A stretch of DNA of 64,000 nt from an uncultured delta proteobacterium (GCA_963815115.1 CAWFFN010000007.1:576001-640000), one strand, 5' to 3'. Counted from the stretch's first letter, positions 1 through 10,225 are shown. Notes: a model not told the origin generated them from the letters alone. A program made the numbers and translations.

Positions 1-219
1 GGCGACGAACACGGCGAGGCGCTCTCCGGTCAGCTCTTCCCACAGGAGGACGCGCTCGCGCAGGGCGCGGATGGGGGTGAGGCTCTCGACGCCGAGCTCG
101 TGATCCCACAGGCGGCGGACGAAGCTGTCCAGGATGGCCACCGTGTGGCCGCGCGCGGAGAGGTGCAGGGCGGTGGGCCAGCCGCAGTAGCCGTCGCCTC
201 CCAGCACGAGGATCCGCAT
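1..219 (-). CDS. sqdB: UDP-sulfoquinovose synthase-like NAD-dependent epimerase, N-terminal part (runs off the window)
   Basis: Not in the ORF track; manual translation from ATG at 219 gives MRILVLGGDGYCGWPTALHLSARGHTVAILDSFVRRLWDHELGVESLTPI. GGDGYCGW and SLTPI match the SqdB/SQD1/Agl3 N-terminus. Confidence 0.85.
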   Translation of the reverse strand, partial: MRILVLGGDGYCGWPTALHLSARGHTVAILDSFVRRLWDHELGVESLTPIRALRERVLLWEELTGERLAVFVA

Positions 220-234
220 CGACCGTCCGATGCT

Positions 235-1140
235 TCACCCGGGCGTGGGCCGGCGATGCAGCGCGAGCGCCTGACGGAACGCGGCGCCGGCCACGACCAG
301 CTCGCGCGGGTGGGCGTGCAGCCAGGCGGCCATCCAGTGCCGCCAGGCGATGCGATAGAGGTGGCGGCGCTCGCGCTCGCGGAACCAGCGCTCGCCGAGC
401 TCCGCCAGCACCTCGGGGTGACGCTCGCGCAGGCGGCGCATGACGGCGACCATGCCTTCCCGGAGCGCGAGCCGGTCGCGTGTCTGGTTCGCCCCGTGCA
501 GGCGATAGCGGAACACCGGCACGTCGACGAAGACCGTCCGACCGGTCAGCGCCAGGCGACAGGTCAGCTCGAGATCGGCGTGGCGGGGCAGGGTAACGTC
601 GATCCCGCCGGCGCCGTCCAGCGCCGCTCGCCGGATCAGCGCCGCCTGGAGGAACACCGGCAGGCGGTCGCACACGACCTCCCGGACCCCGAAGGAGCGG
701 CCGTCGAGGCGACGCGCGAGCGCGACGGGCACCAGCGGTGCGACATCGGGTGACCCGTCGGCTTCCACCAGTCCGTTCGCATAGACCGCACCGGCTTCGG
801 GATGCGCCTCCAGGAAGCGCGCCAGGATCCCGAGACGACCCGGCAGCATGAGATCGTCCGAGTCGTGGAAGGCGAGCAGGGCGCCGCGCGCCCGCTCGAC
901 GCCCGCCTGCCGCGCCCGGGCGACGCCGCCGTTGCGCGCGAGGCGGACCACCCGCACGTCGCGGCGGGACGAGAGCACGCCGGCCGTGGCGTCGGTCGAG
1001 GCGTCGTCCACCACCACGACCTCGAAGCTCGGGCACTCGCGCTGCGCGATCACCGAATCGAGCACCTCGGGGAGCAGGTGCGCGCGATCGAAGGTCGGGA
1101 TGATGACGGAAATCGCCGGCACTGCGAGCCCCGAGAGCAT
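235..1140 (-). CDS. Glycosyltransferase family 2
   Basis: ISVIIPTFDRA...VVVDDASTD...ARQAG...AFHDSDD (GT-A fold, DxD motif). Confidence 0.92.
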   Translation of the reverse strand: MLSGLAVPAISVIIPTFDRAHLLPEVLDSVIAQRECPSFEVVVVDDASTDATAGVLSSRRDVRVVRLARNGGVARARQAGVERARGALLAFHDSDDLMLPGRLGILARFLEAHPEAGAVYANGLVEADGSPDVAPLVPVALARRLDGRSFGVREVVCDRLPVFLQAALIRRAALDGAGGIDVTLPRHADLELTCRLALTGRTVFVDVPVFRYRLHGANQTRDRLALREGMVAVMRRLRERHPEVLAELGERWFRERERRHLYRIAWRHWMAAWLHAHPRELVVAGAAFRQALALHRRPTPG

Positions 1141-1200
1141 CCCCGGCGCAGCCTGTAGCGAACTACGTCGCGCCCGTCCAGGGTCGAGAGCGGGTCTGCA

Positions 1201-3106
1201 TCACTGGACGTAGCCGAGCGCCCGCAGCCGTCGGCGCTGATCGTCGTCGAGCGGCGCGCCGGAAGCGGGAACGACGCCCTCGGGCGTGACGCGCAGGCCC
1301 ACGATGCGCAGGCCCTGGGCCGCGCCGGGCGCGATGTCGACGCGCAGCCGGCCCGCGCTGGCGCGAGCGGTCCCGATCGGGACGAAGGTCGTGGCGCCCG
1401 TCCTTGGCGAAGCTCGTCCTGCGCCAGCTCGCGAAGCCGATCAGCCAGGGCATGCGTGCAACCGGCACCGATGCCAGCTCGACGACGTAGCCGCCGTCCG
1501 GCAGGTCCACCGTTGCGGCCAGGGACGGCGCGCCGTCGCGCTCGAGGAGGGCCAGGCCGTGCTCGGTCCACAGCCAGCCCGGTGCACGCAACGCGGACGC
1601 CGGGGTGTCGCCGTTCACCGGGACGCATGCGACCGCCGGGTCGTCCTCCACGCTCCAGAACTCCGGGCGCAGGACGACGCTCGACGTCGGCGTGCCATAG
1701 CGGCCGGAGAGGAAGGTGCGCCGGGGCGCGTCGAGGCGCCGGTGGAGATGCCGGCGGAGGCGCTCCGCGACGGGCGTCGCGGGCGCGAGGGCTCGCCGTC
1801 GGTCGTCCAGGGCGAAGAGCTGGTCGGCGCCATCGCAGCGCGCCCGGAAGGAGCCCGGGAGATTCTCTCGCAGGAGATGGCGCCGGGCGCGAATGGCCCG
1901 GTAGTCCTCCCAGGCATAGAAGGCGGCGAGCTTGCCGCACGATGGGCAGGCCGAGCCGTCGGCGGCGAGCTGGGCCCGGCCGTCGACCCGCGTGCCGGGG
2001 GGGAGCGGCTCGTCCAGGCGCGCCAGCAAGGTGGGCATGACGTCGATGTTCTCCGTCAGCTGGTTCACCACCTGACCGGGGCGGATGCCCGCGCCCGCCA
2101 TGATCCAGGGCACGTGCTGCACCGTGTCCGTCAGGGAGTCGTCGTGCCCGATGCGGCCGTCCTCGGCCAGCTCCTCGCCATGATCGGCGACCACCACGAC
2201 GACCGTGCGCGCCAGACCAGGGTCGTCGGCACGCAGGGCAGCGAAGAGGCGGCCGAGCTGCTCGTCCATGAAGGCGAGCAGGGTGTCGTAGACCGCCGCG
2301 AAGTACCGCCGGTCGAGCTCGCTGAAGTCGCTGGCGTCGTAGCGGTTCCAGTCGCGGCGGGGGCGGTCGAACGCGGGCTCGCCGTCGGGGCGGAACCGCC
2401 GGTGCCAGTCGTAGCCCGGCACGGCGAAGCGCGGCTCGCCGGCGGGAAGGAAGCGCGGCATGTGCGCGTCCATGAAATGGAGGTAGAGGAACGTCGGCCG
2501 CGACCGGTCGCGCCGCTGCCAGGCAGCCACGCCGTGGTCCACCACCTCGGCGGCACCGGCATGCCCGCGACTGGCCGCGGCGGCGAGGAGCTCGAAGGTC
2601 TCGAAGCCCTTGCCGAGCGCGCTCTCGGGCGACACCCAGGGGTGCGAGCTCACGGCCACGGTCTGGAAACCCCGGGCGCGCAGCAGGGCCGGCAGGAGGA
2701 CCGCCGTCGGATCGTCGCGGCTGAACGGGAATTCCCGGGGATGGTCGTCCGGCGTGAACGCCCGCAGGATGTTCTGGTGGTAGTAGCGGCCGCTCATCAG
2801 CTGCGGCATCGACGGCCGGGTCGCATGGGCGTTCGCGAAGTGAGCCGCGAACCGGACCCCGGATGCCGCCAGGCCGTCCAGGTTGGGGCTGGTCGGATTC
2901 GGCCCTCCCCAGGCGCCCAGACGATCCGCCCGCGTCGTATCGAGCAGGATGAACACGACCGAGGGCGGGGCGGCCAGCACCGGGGCCGCGAGCAAGCAGG
3001 CGGCCAGCGCGAGCGGCCAGAGGCGGGCTCGGTCACGAACGGCGCGGGTTTGCGGGCACGGATCGAGCCCTGGACGAAAGTTTACATAACGTATCTTATC
3101 AGACAT
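1201..3106 (-). CDS. Secreted sulfatase-like hydrolase/transferase (alkaline phosphatase superfamily), apparent single extra base near 1397-1399
   Basis: Signal-like WPLALAACLLAAPVLA, then ILLDTTRAD, ATRPSMPQLMSGRY, YLHFMDAH, VADHGE, HVPWI. The typical terminus LDDDQRRRLRALGYVQ-stop (TGA at 1201-1203) is in a different frame. Start uncertain. Confidence 0.8.
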
Positions 3107-3171
3107 TGGCCTCAAATTGGCCCGGGGTGCCCGGACCGGCGCCCGCCACGCGGCAGGCCGTCGCCAGGCGC

Positions 3172-3858
3172 CTAGTGAGCCGCCGCGACGTCGGCCGGTA
3201 TCTTGGTCTCGAGCAGCGCGCGGACGTAGCCGCCGGGCGATTCCTTGAGGATGGCGAGGTAGATCTCCCGGGCCTTGTCGGGCTGGCCGGCGAGCTCCTG
3301 CAGGCGAGCCATGGCGAGCTGCGCCTGCATGCGGAACGGGCCGTCGATCGCCGCGGCCTGCCCGTAGGCGTCGAGGGCGCCCGCCTTGTCCCCGCTGGCC
3401 TCCCGCGCGCCGGCCAGCCCATTCAGGGCCTCCTGGCGCAGGTACTCGGTCGGCGGCGAGGACGCGAGATACTCCGTGTAGGCGGTGGCCGCGCCGGCGG
3501 CGTCGCCCTGCCTGGCCAGGGCGTGACCGCGGTAGAGCGTTGCCAGCCGCCCGAACGACGTGCCGGGGTAGTCGCGGCCGAGCCCGGTGAATCCCTCCAC
3601 GGCGGGCGCGAACCGGGCAGCCTCGAAGTCGTTCAGGGCGGCCTGGAAGCGGGCTCCAGCCGCGGCCGACTGGCGGGCGCGGAACCAGCCGACGCCGAGG
3701 GACACCGTGGCCACGGCGAGCAGGGCCGCACCAACGCCCGCCAGCAGATTGCGGTGCGCCCGCGCCCACTCGGCGACCTGCCCGGTGAGCGTCTGAAACT
3801 CATCGGGCTCGCGCAGCGCCTTGCGGTTGATCTTCACTCGGGCCGCGGGGCGCGCCAT
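3172..3858 (-). CDS. YfgM-like membrane-anchored tetratricopeptide repeat protein
   Basis: Starts MARPAARVKINRKALREPDEF, one TM helix, then TPR-like helical repeats. Confidence 0.8.
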   Translation of the reverse strand: MARPAARVKINRKALREPDEFQTLTGQVAEWARAHRNLLAGVGAALLAVATVSLGVGWFRARQSAAAGARFQAALNDFEAARFAPAVEGFTGLGRDYPGTSFGRLATLYRGHALARQGDAAGAATAYTEYLASSPPTEYLRQEALNGLAGAREASGDKAGALDAYGQAAAIDGPFRMQAQLAMARLQELAGQPDKAREIYLAILKESPGGYVRALLETKIPADVAAAH

Positions 3859-3860
3859 CG

Positions 3861-4376
3861 TCACATCTTGTACTTGAAGTCGTCCGGCGACATCTTCTCG
3901 AGGATCTCGGCCCACTTGTCGCGGGAGACGTTGGAGAGGTCCTGCTCCTTGCCCTCGTCGAGCTGCTGCAGGACGCTCGAGGCCTCGAGGACCGCCTTGG
4001 CGACGTAGATCGGGCTCTTCGTGCGCAGCGCCAGGCTGATCGCGTCGGACGGCCGCGAGTCGATCTGAAGCTGGCGGTCGCCGACGCGCACGTAGATCAG
4101 TGCGAAGTAGGTGTTCTCGCGCAGCTCGGTGACCTCGACCCACTCCACGACCGCCTCCAGCTCCTCGAGGATCGCGCGCAGGAGGTCGTGAGTCATCGGC
4201 CGGGCCATCTTGATGCCCTCGAGCTCGGTCGCCATCGACGTCGCCTCGAGCAGCCCGATCCAGATCGGCAGGTTCAGCTTGTTGTCGGGATCGCGAAGGA
4301 TGACGATCGGGGTCTTGGTCACCGGGTCCAGCGTCAGCCCCCCGACGGTCATGAGGATGAAATCGTCGCGATTCAT
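3861..4376 (-). CDS. Bifunctional nuclease family protein (DUF151)
   Basis: LPIWIGLLEA, RPMTHDLL, IDSRPSDAISLAL motifs; ATG at 4376. Confidence 0.93.
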   Translation of the reverse strand: MNRDDFILMTVGGLTLDPVTKTPIVILRDPDNKLNLPIWIGLLEATSMATELEGIKMARPMTHDLLRAILEELEAVVEWVEVTELRENTYFALIYVRVGDRQLQIDSRPSDAISLALRTKSPIYVAKAVLEASSVLQQLDEGKEQDLSNVSRDKWAEILEKMSPDDFKYKM

Positions 4377-4414
4377 GCGTCCGGGATTCTGAAGCACCCT
4401 CGCCGGAACGTCAA

Positions 4415-5821
4415 TCAGACCGTGACCAGGCGGTCGATGACCCGGTAGAGCTGGTTCAGGTTCCGGCACTCCTCGACGACCGTGCAATACGGCGCGTAGC
4501 GGTCCATCTCGCTGTCGCCGAAGCCCCAGGTCATGCGGTTCTCGGGGTTGAGCCAGACGACCTGCTTCGCGCGTTGCTGCACGTCCTTCAGGACCCACTC
4601 GTGCGGCAGGTTGTAGTTGTTGCGGGCGTCGCCGAGGACGATCACCGTCGTGCGCTTGTTGACCGCCGCCAGGTGGTCGCGATGGAAGCTGCGGAACGCC
4701 CTGCCGAAGTCGGAATGGGCGTAGACGTTGATCAGGTTGCCGTGCAGCGCGGCGTCGAGGGCCTGGTTGGCATCGTACTCGGTGAAGAGCTGGGTCACCT
4801 CGCCGACCTCCGCGACGAAGATGAAGCTGCGCACCTTCGAGTAGAGGTCCTGGAGGGCGTAGACGAACTGGAGCATGAAGCGCGACACGTTGCGCACCGA
4901 GTCCGAGACGTCGCACAGGACCATCACCTGGGGCTTGTCCTTGCGCTTGCGGTCGAAGACGATGCGGAAGGGCACGCCGCCGTACTGGAGGTTGTGGCGC
5001 AGGGTCTCGCTCGAGTCGAAGCGGCCACGCTTGGCGCGCCGGCGCCGGACGGCGACCACGTTCTTGAGTCGCTGGGCGAGGCGGTTCACCGCCTCCTCCA
5101 TGCGCCGGATCTCCTCCTCGGTGAGGTAGAAAAAGCTCTTCTCCGCGAGGCTCTGCAGCCCCTGCCGGTCCTGGCGCTGGACGTCCTGTCGATCCAGCTC
5201 CTGGCGGACCAGGGCCTTCATCATGTCCTGGAGGTCGCGTAGCCGGCGGGCGAGATACTCGTCGAGCCGGCGGGCCACCTCGGGAGCCGTGCCGGCGAGG
5301 CCGCGGCGAAGCTGCTCGAGCTCCGCGCCGAGATCTCCCAGTCCGAGCGCGCTGGCCAGCGCGTGCGTGAAGCGCCCTTCCTGGAAGCCGTGCTCGATCT
5401 CGCCGAGCTGGGCCTGGCGCGCCGCCTCGCGCAGCATCTGCTCGAGACGTCCGCCGTCCGCACGCAGCAGGGCCTGCGCCAGCGGAGACAGCTCGATGCC
5501 CTGCTCCTTCAGCAGCTGCTCCAGCTCCTCCAGGAAGTGCTGGAAGTCCTCGTCATCGAGCCCGAGCGCCGCCTGGGTCGCCGCCGTGACCTCCCGGATC
5601 ACCTCGCCCATCCCGGAGAAGAAGAGCTCGAACAGGCGCTCGAAGGTCGGGAGATCGACGGCCCGCTTCACCGCGGTCGCGCGCAGCGCGGCGCGGACGA
5701 CCTCCCGGTCACCGAGCCCGACGGTGTCGAGCGCCCGGAATGCGTCCATGGTCTCGGCCAGCGACACCCGTACCCCGTTGCGGCGCAGGAGCCCGGTGAA
5801 CTCGACGACCTTCGCCTCCAT
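4415..5821 (-). CDS. VWA domain protein, CoxE-like
   Basis: N-terminal FTGLLRRNGVRVS, LCDVSDS (MIDAS-like), LGDARNN, WLNPE; follows a MoxR ATPase. Confidence 0.9.
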   Translation of the reverse strand: MEAKVVEFTGLLRRNGVRVSLAETMDAFRALDTVGLGDREVVRAALRATAVKRAVDLPTFERLFELFFSGMGEVIREVTAATQAALGLDDEDFQHFLEELEQLLKEQGIELSPLAQALLRADGGRLEQMLREAARQAQLGEIEHGFQEGRFTHALASALGLGDLGAELEQLRRGLAGTAPEVARRLDEYLARRLRDLQDMMKALVRQELDRQDVQRQDRQGLQSLAEKSFFYLTEEEIRRMEEAVNRLAQRLKNVVAVRRRRAKRGRFDSSETLRHNLQYGGVPFRIVFDRKRKDKPQVMVLCDVSDSVRNVSRFMLQFVYALQDLYSKVRSFIFVAEVGEVTQLFTEYDANQALDAALHGNLINVYAHSDFGRAFRSFHRDHLAAVNKRTTVIVLGDARNNYNLPHEWVLKDVQQRAKQVVWLNPENRMTWGFGDSEMDRYAPYCTVVEECRNLNQLYRVIDRLVTV

Positions 5822-5828
5822 GCGCCGC

Positions 5829-6785
5829 TCAGTGCAGGACGTCCTTGTCGGCCACGGCCCGCTTGAGCTTCGCCCGCTGGAGCTCGAGATGCTCCTTCAG
5901 CTCCTGCTGCGCCTTGCGGATGTCGCCCTCGTACTTGAGCACGACCGAGAGCGTGTCCTGCACCAGCTCGTCCTCCAGGTCGTCGACGTTGAGCAAGGTC
6001 AGCGCCTTGGCCCAGTCGAGCGTCTCGCTGATGCTCGGAACCTTCTTGAGATCGAGCTTGCGGATGCGCTGGATGACGGAGACCACCTCCCCTGCCAGCC
6101 GCTCGCTCACTCCGGGCACCTTGAGCTTGACGATCTCCAGCTCCTGGGCTCGATCCGGAAAATCGACGTACAGGTGCAGGCAGCGACGCTTGAGCGCGTC
6201 GGACATCTCGCGGGCGTTGTTGCTGGTGAGGACCACGATGGGGCGGTGCTTGGCCGTGAGCGTCCCGAGCTCCGGCACGCTCACCTGGAAGTCCGACAGG
6301 ACCTCGAGGAGGAAAGCTTCGAACTCCGTGTCGGACTTGTCGATCTCGTCGATCAGGAGGACGCAGGGCTCGTCCGAGGTGATGGCCTGCAGCAGCGGCC
6401 GCGGCAGCAGGAATTGATCGCTGAAGAAGACGTCGTCCTCGTTCGCGATCCGCTGGACGGCCTCGCGTAGCGAGGGCGCATTGCCCACGACCTCGCCGAT
6501 CTTCTCGCGCAGGATCTGGGTGTAGAGGAGCTGCTTGGCGTACTCCCACTCGTAGAGCGCCTTGGCCTCGTCGAGGCCTTCGTAGCACTGCAAGCGGATG
6601 AGCTCGCGGCCGAGCGCCTGCGCGACCACCTTGGCGAGCTCCGTCTTCCCCACGCCGGCGGGCCCCTCGACCAGGATCGGCTTCTCCAGCCGGCTGGCCA
6701 GATAGACCACCGTCCCGATGGTGCGGCCAGCGATATAGCGCTCCTCGGCGAAGCGCTGGATGACGTCCTCGATGCTCGCGAACAT
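5829..6785 (-). CDS. MoxR-family AAA+ ATPase, CoxD-like
   Basis: Walker A GPAGVGKT, RLQCYEGLD, Walker B LLIDEIDK, SDALKRRC. Start could be 6785 or 6791. Confidence 0.93.
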   Translation of the reverse strand: MFASIEDVIQRFAEERYIAGRTIGTVVYLASRLEKPILVEGPAGVGKTELAKVVAQALGRELIRLQCYEGLDEAKALYEWEYAKQLLYTQILREKIGEVVGNAPSLREAVQRIANEDDVFFSDQFLLPRPLLQAITSDEPCVLLIDEIDKSDTEFEAFLLEVLSDFQVSVPELGTLTAKHRPIVVLTSNNAREMSDALKRRCLHLYVDFPDRAQELEIVKLKVPGVSERLAGEVVSVIQRIRKLDLKKVPSISETLDWAKALTLLNVDDLEDELVQDTLSVVLKYEGDIRKAQQELKEHLELQRAKLKRAVADKDVLH

Positions 6786-6863
6786 GCCCATTGGACCCGC
6801 GGACGCTAACATAGCCCTTCCGGCGACGCCAACCACGCGCCCCTCGAGTGCCTCGCCGAGCCG

Positions 6864-8453
6864 TCACCACGCCACCCACACGGTCTCGAATCGCGCCGGC
6901 CGCAGCGGATGTAGCCGGTAGTCGCGCACGCGCGGATGGCGGACGGCGACGGTCACGGGATGGTAGAGCGGCACCCAGGGCACGTCGCGCAGGATGCGCG
7001 CCTCCGCCTTGCGAAACAGGTGCAGGCGCCGCGTCGGCACCGGCTCCGCACCGGCGAGATCGAGCAGCGCGTCGACCGCGCGGCTGCCGTAGAAGGTGTT
7101 GTTGTTCGCTCCCTGCCCGCGCGAGTGCAGCAGCACGGTCAGGAAGTTCGACGGATCCGGGAAGTCGGCCTCCCAGCCGAGGAGGAACATCGGCACCTGC
7201 GCGGGGTAGCGCACTGCCTCGATCAGGGCCGGGAAGTCCACCGGCTTGATGCGCACCGCGATGCCGATCGCGGCCAGGTCCTGCTGGATCGACTGGGCGA
7301 CCCGCAGCGGGCCGTCGTCGCGCTGCGACCACAAGGTGACCTGGGCGCCGCCGGGAAGCGCCGCGGCGAGGTCGCGCCGCGCCGTGGCGGGGTCGTACGC
7401 TGGCGCGGCCAGCGTCGAATCGTAGCCCGGCATGGTGGGCGGCAGGATGGTGCGCGCCACGATGCCCCGCCCGTCGATCAGCTCGAGTAGCCGCTCCTTG
7501 TCGACGGCGTGCGCCACCGCCTCGCGGACGGCGACGCGATCGAACGGCGCCATGGCACAGTTCAAGCCGAGGTACTGCGTGCGCATCGTCACCCGTCGGA
7601 CGAGCAGCGGTGCGTAGCGGGCGTCGCTGGTCACCCGGAAGAACTCCGCCGACGGGATGGCGGCGACGTCCAGACCGCCGCGCTGGAAGCGAAACCAGGC
7701 GAGCTGGTCGCTGAGCCCGATGGTGGCCTCGATGCCATCCAGGTAGGGCAGCCCCGGCCGGTAGTAGAACGGGTTGCGCTCCAGGCGCAGCCGCTGGCCC
7801 TGCACCCACTCGACCAGCCGGAACGCCCCGGTGCCGACCGGGTGACGGACGAACGCGCCCTGCCCTTCCCGCTCGATGGTCTCGCGATCGACCGCCGCCG
7901 CGAACGGCATCGTGAGCTTGTCGAGGAACAGCGGATCGGGCTCGGCGAGCGTGATCGCCAGCTCGCCGGGGGCGACGGCGACGATGCCGCGGACGTCGGC
8001 CACCCGGCCCGACGTGAAGTCGGCCACGCCCTCGATGCCGCCGAAGAACTCGGCGCCCAGGGAGTGGACCGCGGGCGTCAGGATGCGCTCGAGCGAGTAC
8101 TTGAGGTCGCTCGCGGTGCACGCCCGTCCCGTGCTGAAGCGGACTCCCTCGCGCAGGCGGAAGGTGTAGCTCCGCCCGTCGGCGTTCACCTGCCACGACG
8201 CCGCGAGCTGCGGGACGATGCGGGTTCCCTCGTCGTAGCCCACCAGGGTGTCGAAGATCGCCTGCTCGAAGAGCCAGGAGACCTCGTCGTAGCCCGCGGC
8301 CGGATCGAGGGTGCGGACGTCCGCGGCCGAGCTCAGGCGGAGCACGCCCCCGGGCTGCGGCGGGCCGCTGCCGCTGGCGGGACCGCCCGGAGGCGGATCG
8401 AGCGGCACGGCGCACGCGAGTGCCGCTACGAGGAGAAGCGCCGCCGCTCTCAC
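6864..8453 (-). CDS. Peptide/nickel ABC transporter substrate-binding protein (family 5)
   Basis: Lipobox-like LACA, TLDPA, LAASW...YTFRLREGVRF, PVGTGAF. Confidence 0.92.
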   Translation of the reverse strand: MRAAALLLVAALACAVPLDPPPGGPASGSGPPQPGGVLRLSSAADVRTLDPAAGYDEVSWLFEQAIFDTLVGYDEGTRIVPQLAASWQVNADGRSYTFRLREGVRFSTGRACTASDLKYSLERILTPAVHSLGAEFFGGIEGVADFTSGRVADVRGIVAVAPGELAITLAEPDPLFLDKLTMPFAAAVDRETIEREGQGAFVRHPVGTGAFRLVEWVQGQRLRLERNPFYYRPGLPYLDGIEATIGLSDQLAWFRFQRGGLDVAAIPSAEFFRVTSDARYAPLLVRRVTMRTQYLGLNCAMAPFDRVAVREAVAHAVDKERLLELIDGRGIVARTILPPTMPGYDSTLAAPAYDPATARRDLAAALPGGAQVTLWSQRDDGPLRVAQSIQQDLAAIGIAVRIKPVDFPALIEAVRYPAQVPMFLLGWEADFPDPSNFLTVLLHSRGQGANNNTFYGSRAVDALLDLAGAEPVPTRRLHLFRKAEARILRDVPWVPLYHPVTVAVRHPRVRDYRLHPLRPARFETVWVAW

Positions 8454-9298
8454 CCGCGCCGCGACCCGATGACGCCGATCAGCCCGTAGCCGATCAGGTT
8501 GAAGGCGATCACGGTGAGCGCGATCGCCACGCCCGGCAGCACGACGAGCCAGGGCGCGACCCCGAAGTAGGTCTGCACCTCGCTCACCATCCGGCCCCAG
8601 GACGGCACCGGGAGCGGTGCACCCAGGCCCAGGTAGCTGAGCCCCGCGTCGATCGTGACGGCGCCCGACATGCCGAGGGCGGCGAGCGCGACGATTCCCG
8701 GCAGCACGGCGGGCAGCAGGTGTCGCGTCAGCACCCGGCCGTGGGAGGCGCCGAGGGCGCGCGCCGCCGCGATGTAGTCGCGCTCGCGCAGCGACAGGAC
8801 CTCACCGCGCACCGTGCGCGCGAACGTGGTCCACCCGACGAGCCCGATCACGAGCGGGATGGTCAGCAGCGAGGGCGGCAGCACCGTCGCCAGCACGATG
8901 AGGAGCAACAGGCTCGGCATGGTGAGGACCAGGTCGACCACCCACATGCACGCGCCGTCCGCCCACCCCCCGAGGTAGCCGGCGACGAGGCCGACGCTCA
9001 CGCCGAGGAGCAGGCTGAGCGCCATGCTCAGCGCACCCACCACGAGCGACGTGCGCGCCCCGAACGCGAGCCGTGCCCAGACGTCGCGCCCGAGCGTGTC
9101 GGTGCCGAGCGGATGGGCGGCGCTCGGCGGCTCCGGCCCATGGTATGACGTCACGACGATGGCGTCGGGCGCGTAGCGGCTGAGCCGCGGAGCCGCCAGC
9201 GCGACGCCGATCAGCACGGCAGCAAGCCCGACCCCGGTCCAGAGCAGCCAGCGGCTGCGCGCGACCCCGTGCGGTCCTTCGACGCGTGCTTCAGCCAT
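8450..9298 (-). CDS. Peptide ABC transporter permease (DppC/OppC-like)
   Basis: HPLGTDTLGRD, EAA-loop YIAAARALGAS, PSWGRM. Confidence 0.93.
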   Translation of the reverse strand: MAEARVEGPHGVARSRWLLWTGVGLAAVLIGVALAAPRLSRYAPDAIVVTSYHGPEPPSAAHPLGTDTLGRDVWARLAFGARTSLVVGALSMALSLLLGVSVGLVAGYLGGWADGACMWVVDLVLTMPSLLLLIVLATVLPPSLLTIPLVIGLVGWTTFARTVRGEVLSLRERDYIAAARALGASHGRVLTRHLLPAVLPGIVALAALGMSGAVTIDAGLSYLGLGAPLPVPSWGRMVSEVQTYFGVAPWLVVLPGVAIALTVIAFNLIGYGLIGVIGSRRG

Positions 9299-10211
9299 GC
9301 TGCACGCGCGGGTCGATGACGCCGTAGAGCAGGTCGACGAGCAGGTTGCAGGCCAGCACCAGGACCGCCGAGAAGAGCACCGTTCCCGCCATGACCGGGA
9401 CGTCGAGGTTGAAGACCGACTGCACGGCCAGGCGACCCAGACCCGGCCAGTTGAACACGGTCTCCGTCAGCACCACGCCGCTCATCAGCTCGGCGACGTC
9501 GAGCCCGAGGAGGGTCACGATGGGGATGAGCCCGTTCGGCAGCGCATGACGCACGAGCACGCGCGCCCCGCTCGCTCCCTTGGCACGCGCCGTGCGCACG
9601 TAGTCGCTCGCCAGCGTGCCGCCCACGCTGGCGTGCACGAAGCGGGCGTAGAAGAAGAGGCGGTAGAGCGCGAGCGTCGCCGCCGGCAGGATCAGATGGC
9701 TCGGCGAGCCGTAGCCGCCCAGGGGCAGGAGCCGGAGGCGGTAGCCGAACGCGTACACCAGCAGGTTGCCGAGCCAGAAGGTCGGCAGCGCCAGTCCCAC
9801 CAGGGTGACGAGGAGCACGGCGAGATCCACCGCGGAGCCCTGGCGCGGCGCCGTCCCGATCCCGACGGCGAGCCCGAGCAGGAAGCCGATGGCGAGCCCG
9901 GTGCCGGCGAGCAGCGCCGTGGCGGGCACCCGCTCGCCGATGACCTCCGCGACCCGCCGGCCGGTGACGTACGACACACCGAGATCACCGTGCGCGAGGC
10001 GCCAGAGGTAGCGGCCGTACTGCACTGCCAGCGGCTGATCCAGGCCGAGCTCGGCGCGGATCGCCGCCAGCGTGTCCGGCTCCGCCTTCGGACCCGCGAT
10101 CGACACCGCCGGATCCGCCGGCAGCACGCGCACCAGCACGAAGAGGATGAGCGTGGTGCCGAGGAGCGTCGTGAGAGCGCGCAGGCCGCGGCGGGCGAGA
10201 TAGCCGAGCAT
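9291..10211 (-). CDS. Peptide ABC transporter permease (DppB/OppB-like)
   Basis: LGLDQPL..QY, GDLGVS, DYVRTARAKG, ETVFNWPGLG. Confidence 0.93.
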   Translation of the reverse strand: MLGYLARRGLRALTTLLGTTLILFVLVRVLPADPAVSIAGPKAEPDTLAAIRAELGLDQPLAVQYGRYLWRLAHGDLGVSYVTGRRVAEVIGERVPATALLAGTGLAIGFLLGLAVGIGTAPRQGSAVDLAVLLVTLVGLALPTFWLGNLLVYAFGYRLRLLPLGGYGSPSHLILPAATLALYRLFFYARFVHASVGGTLASDYVRTARAKGASGARVLVRHALPNGLIPIVTLLGLDVAELMSGVVLTETVFNWPGLGRLAVQSVFNLDVPVMAGTVLFSAVLVLACNLLVDLLYGVIDPRVQHG

Positions 10212-10225
10212 CCGCGGCTAGGAGG

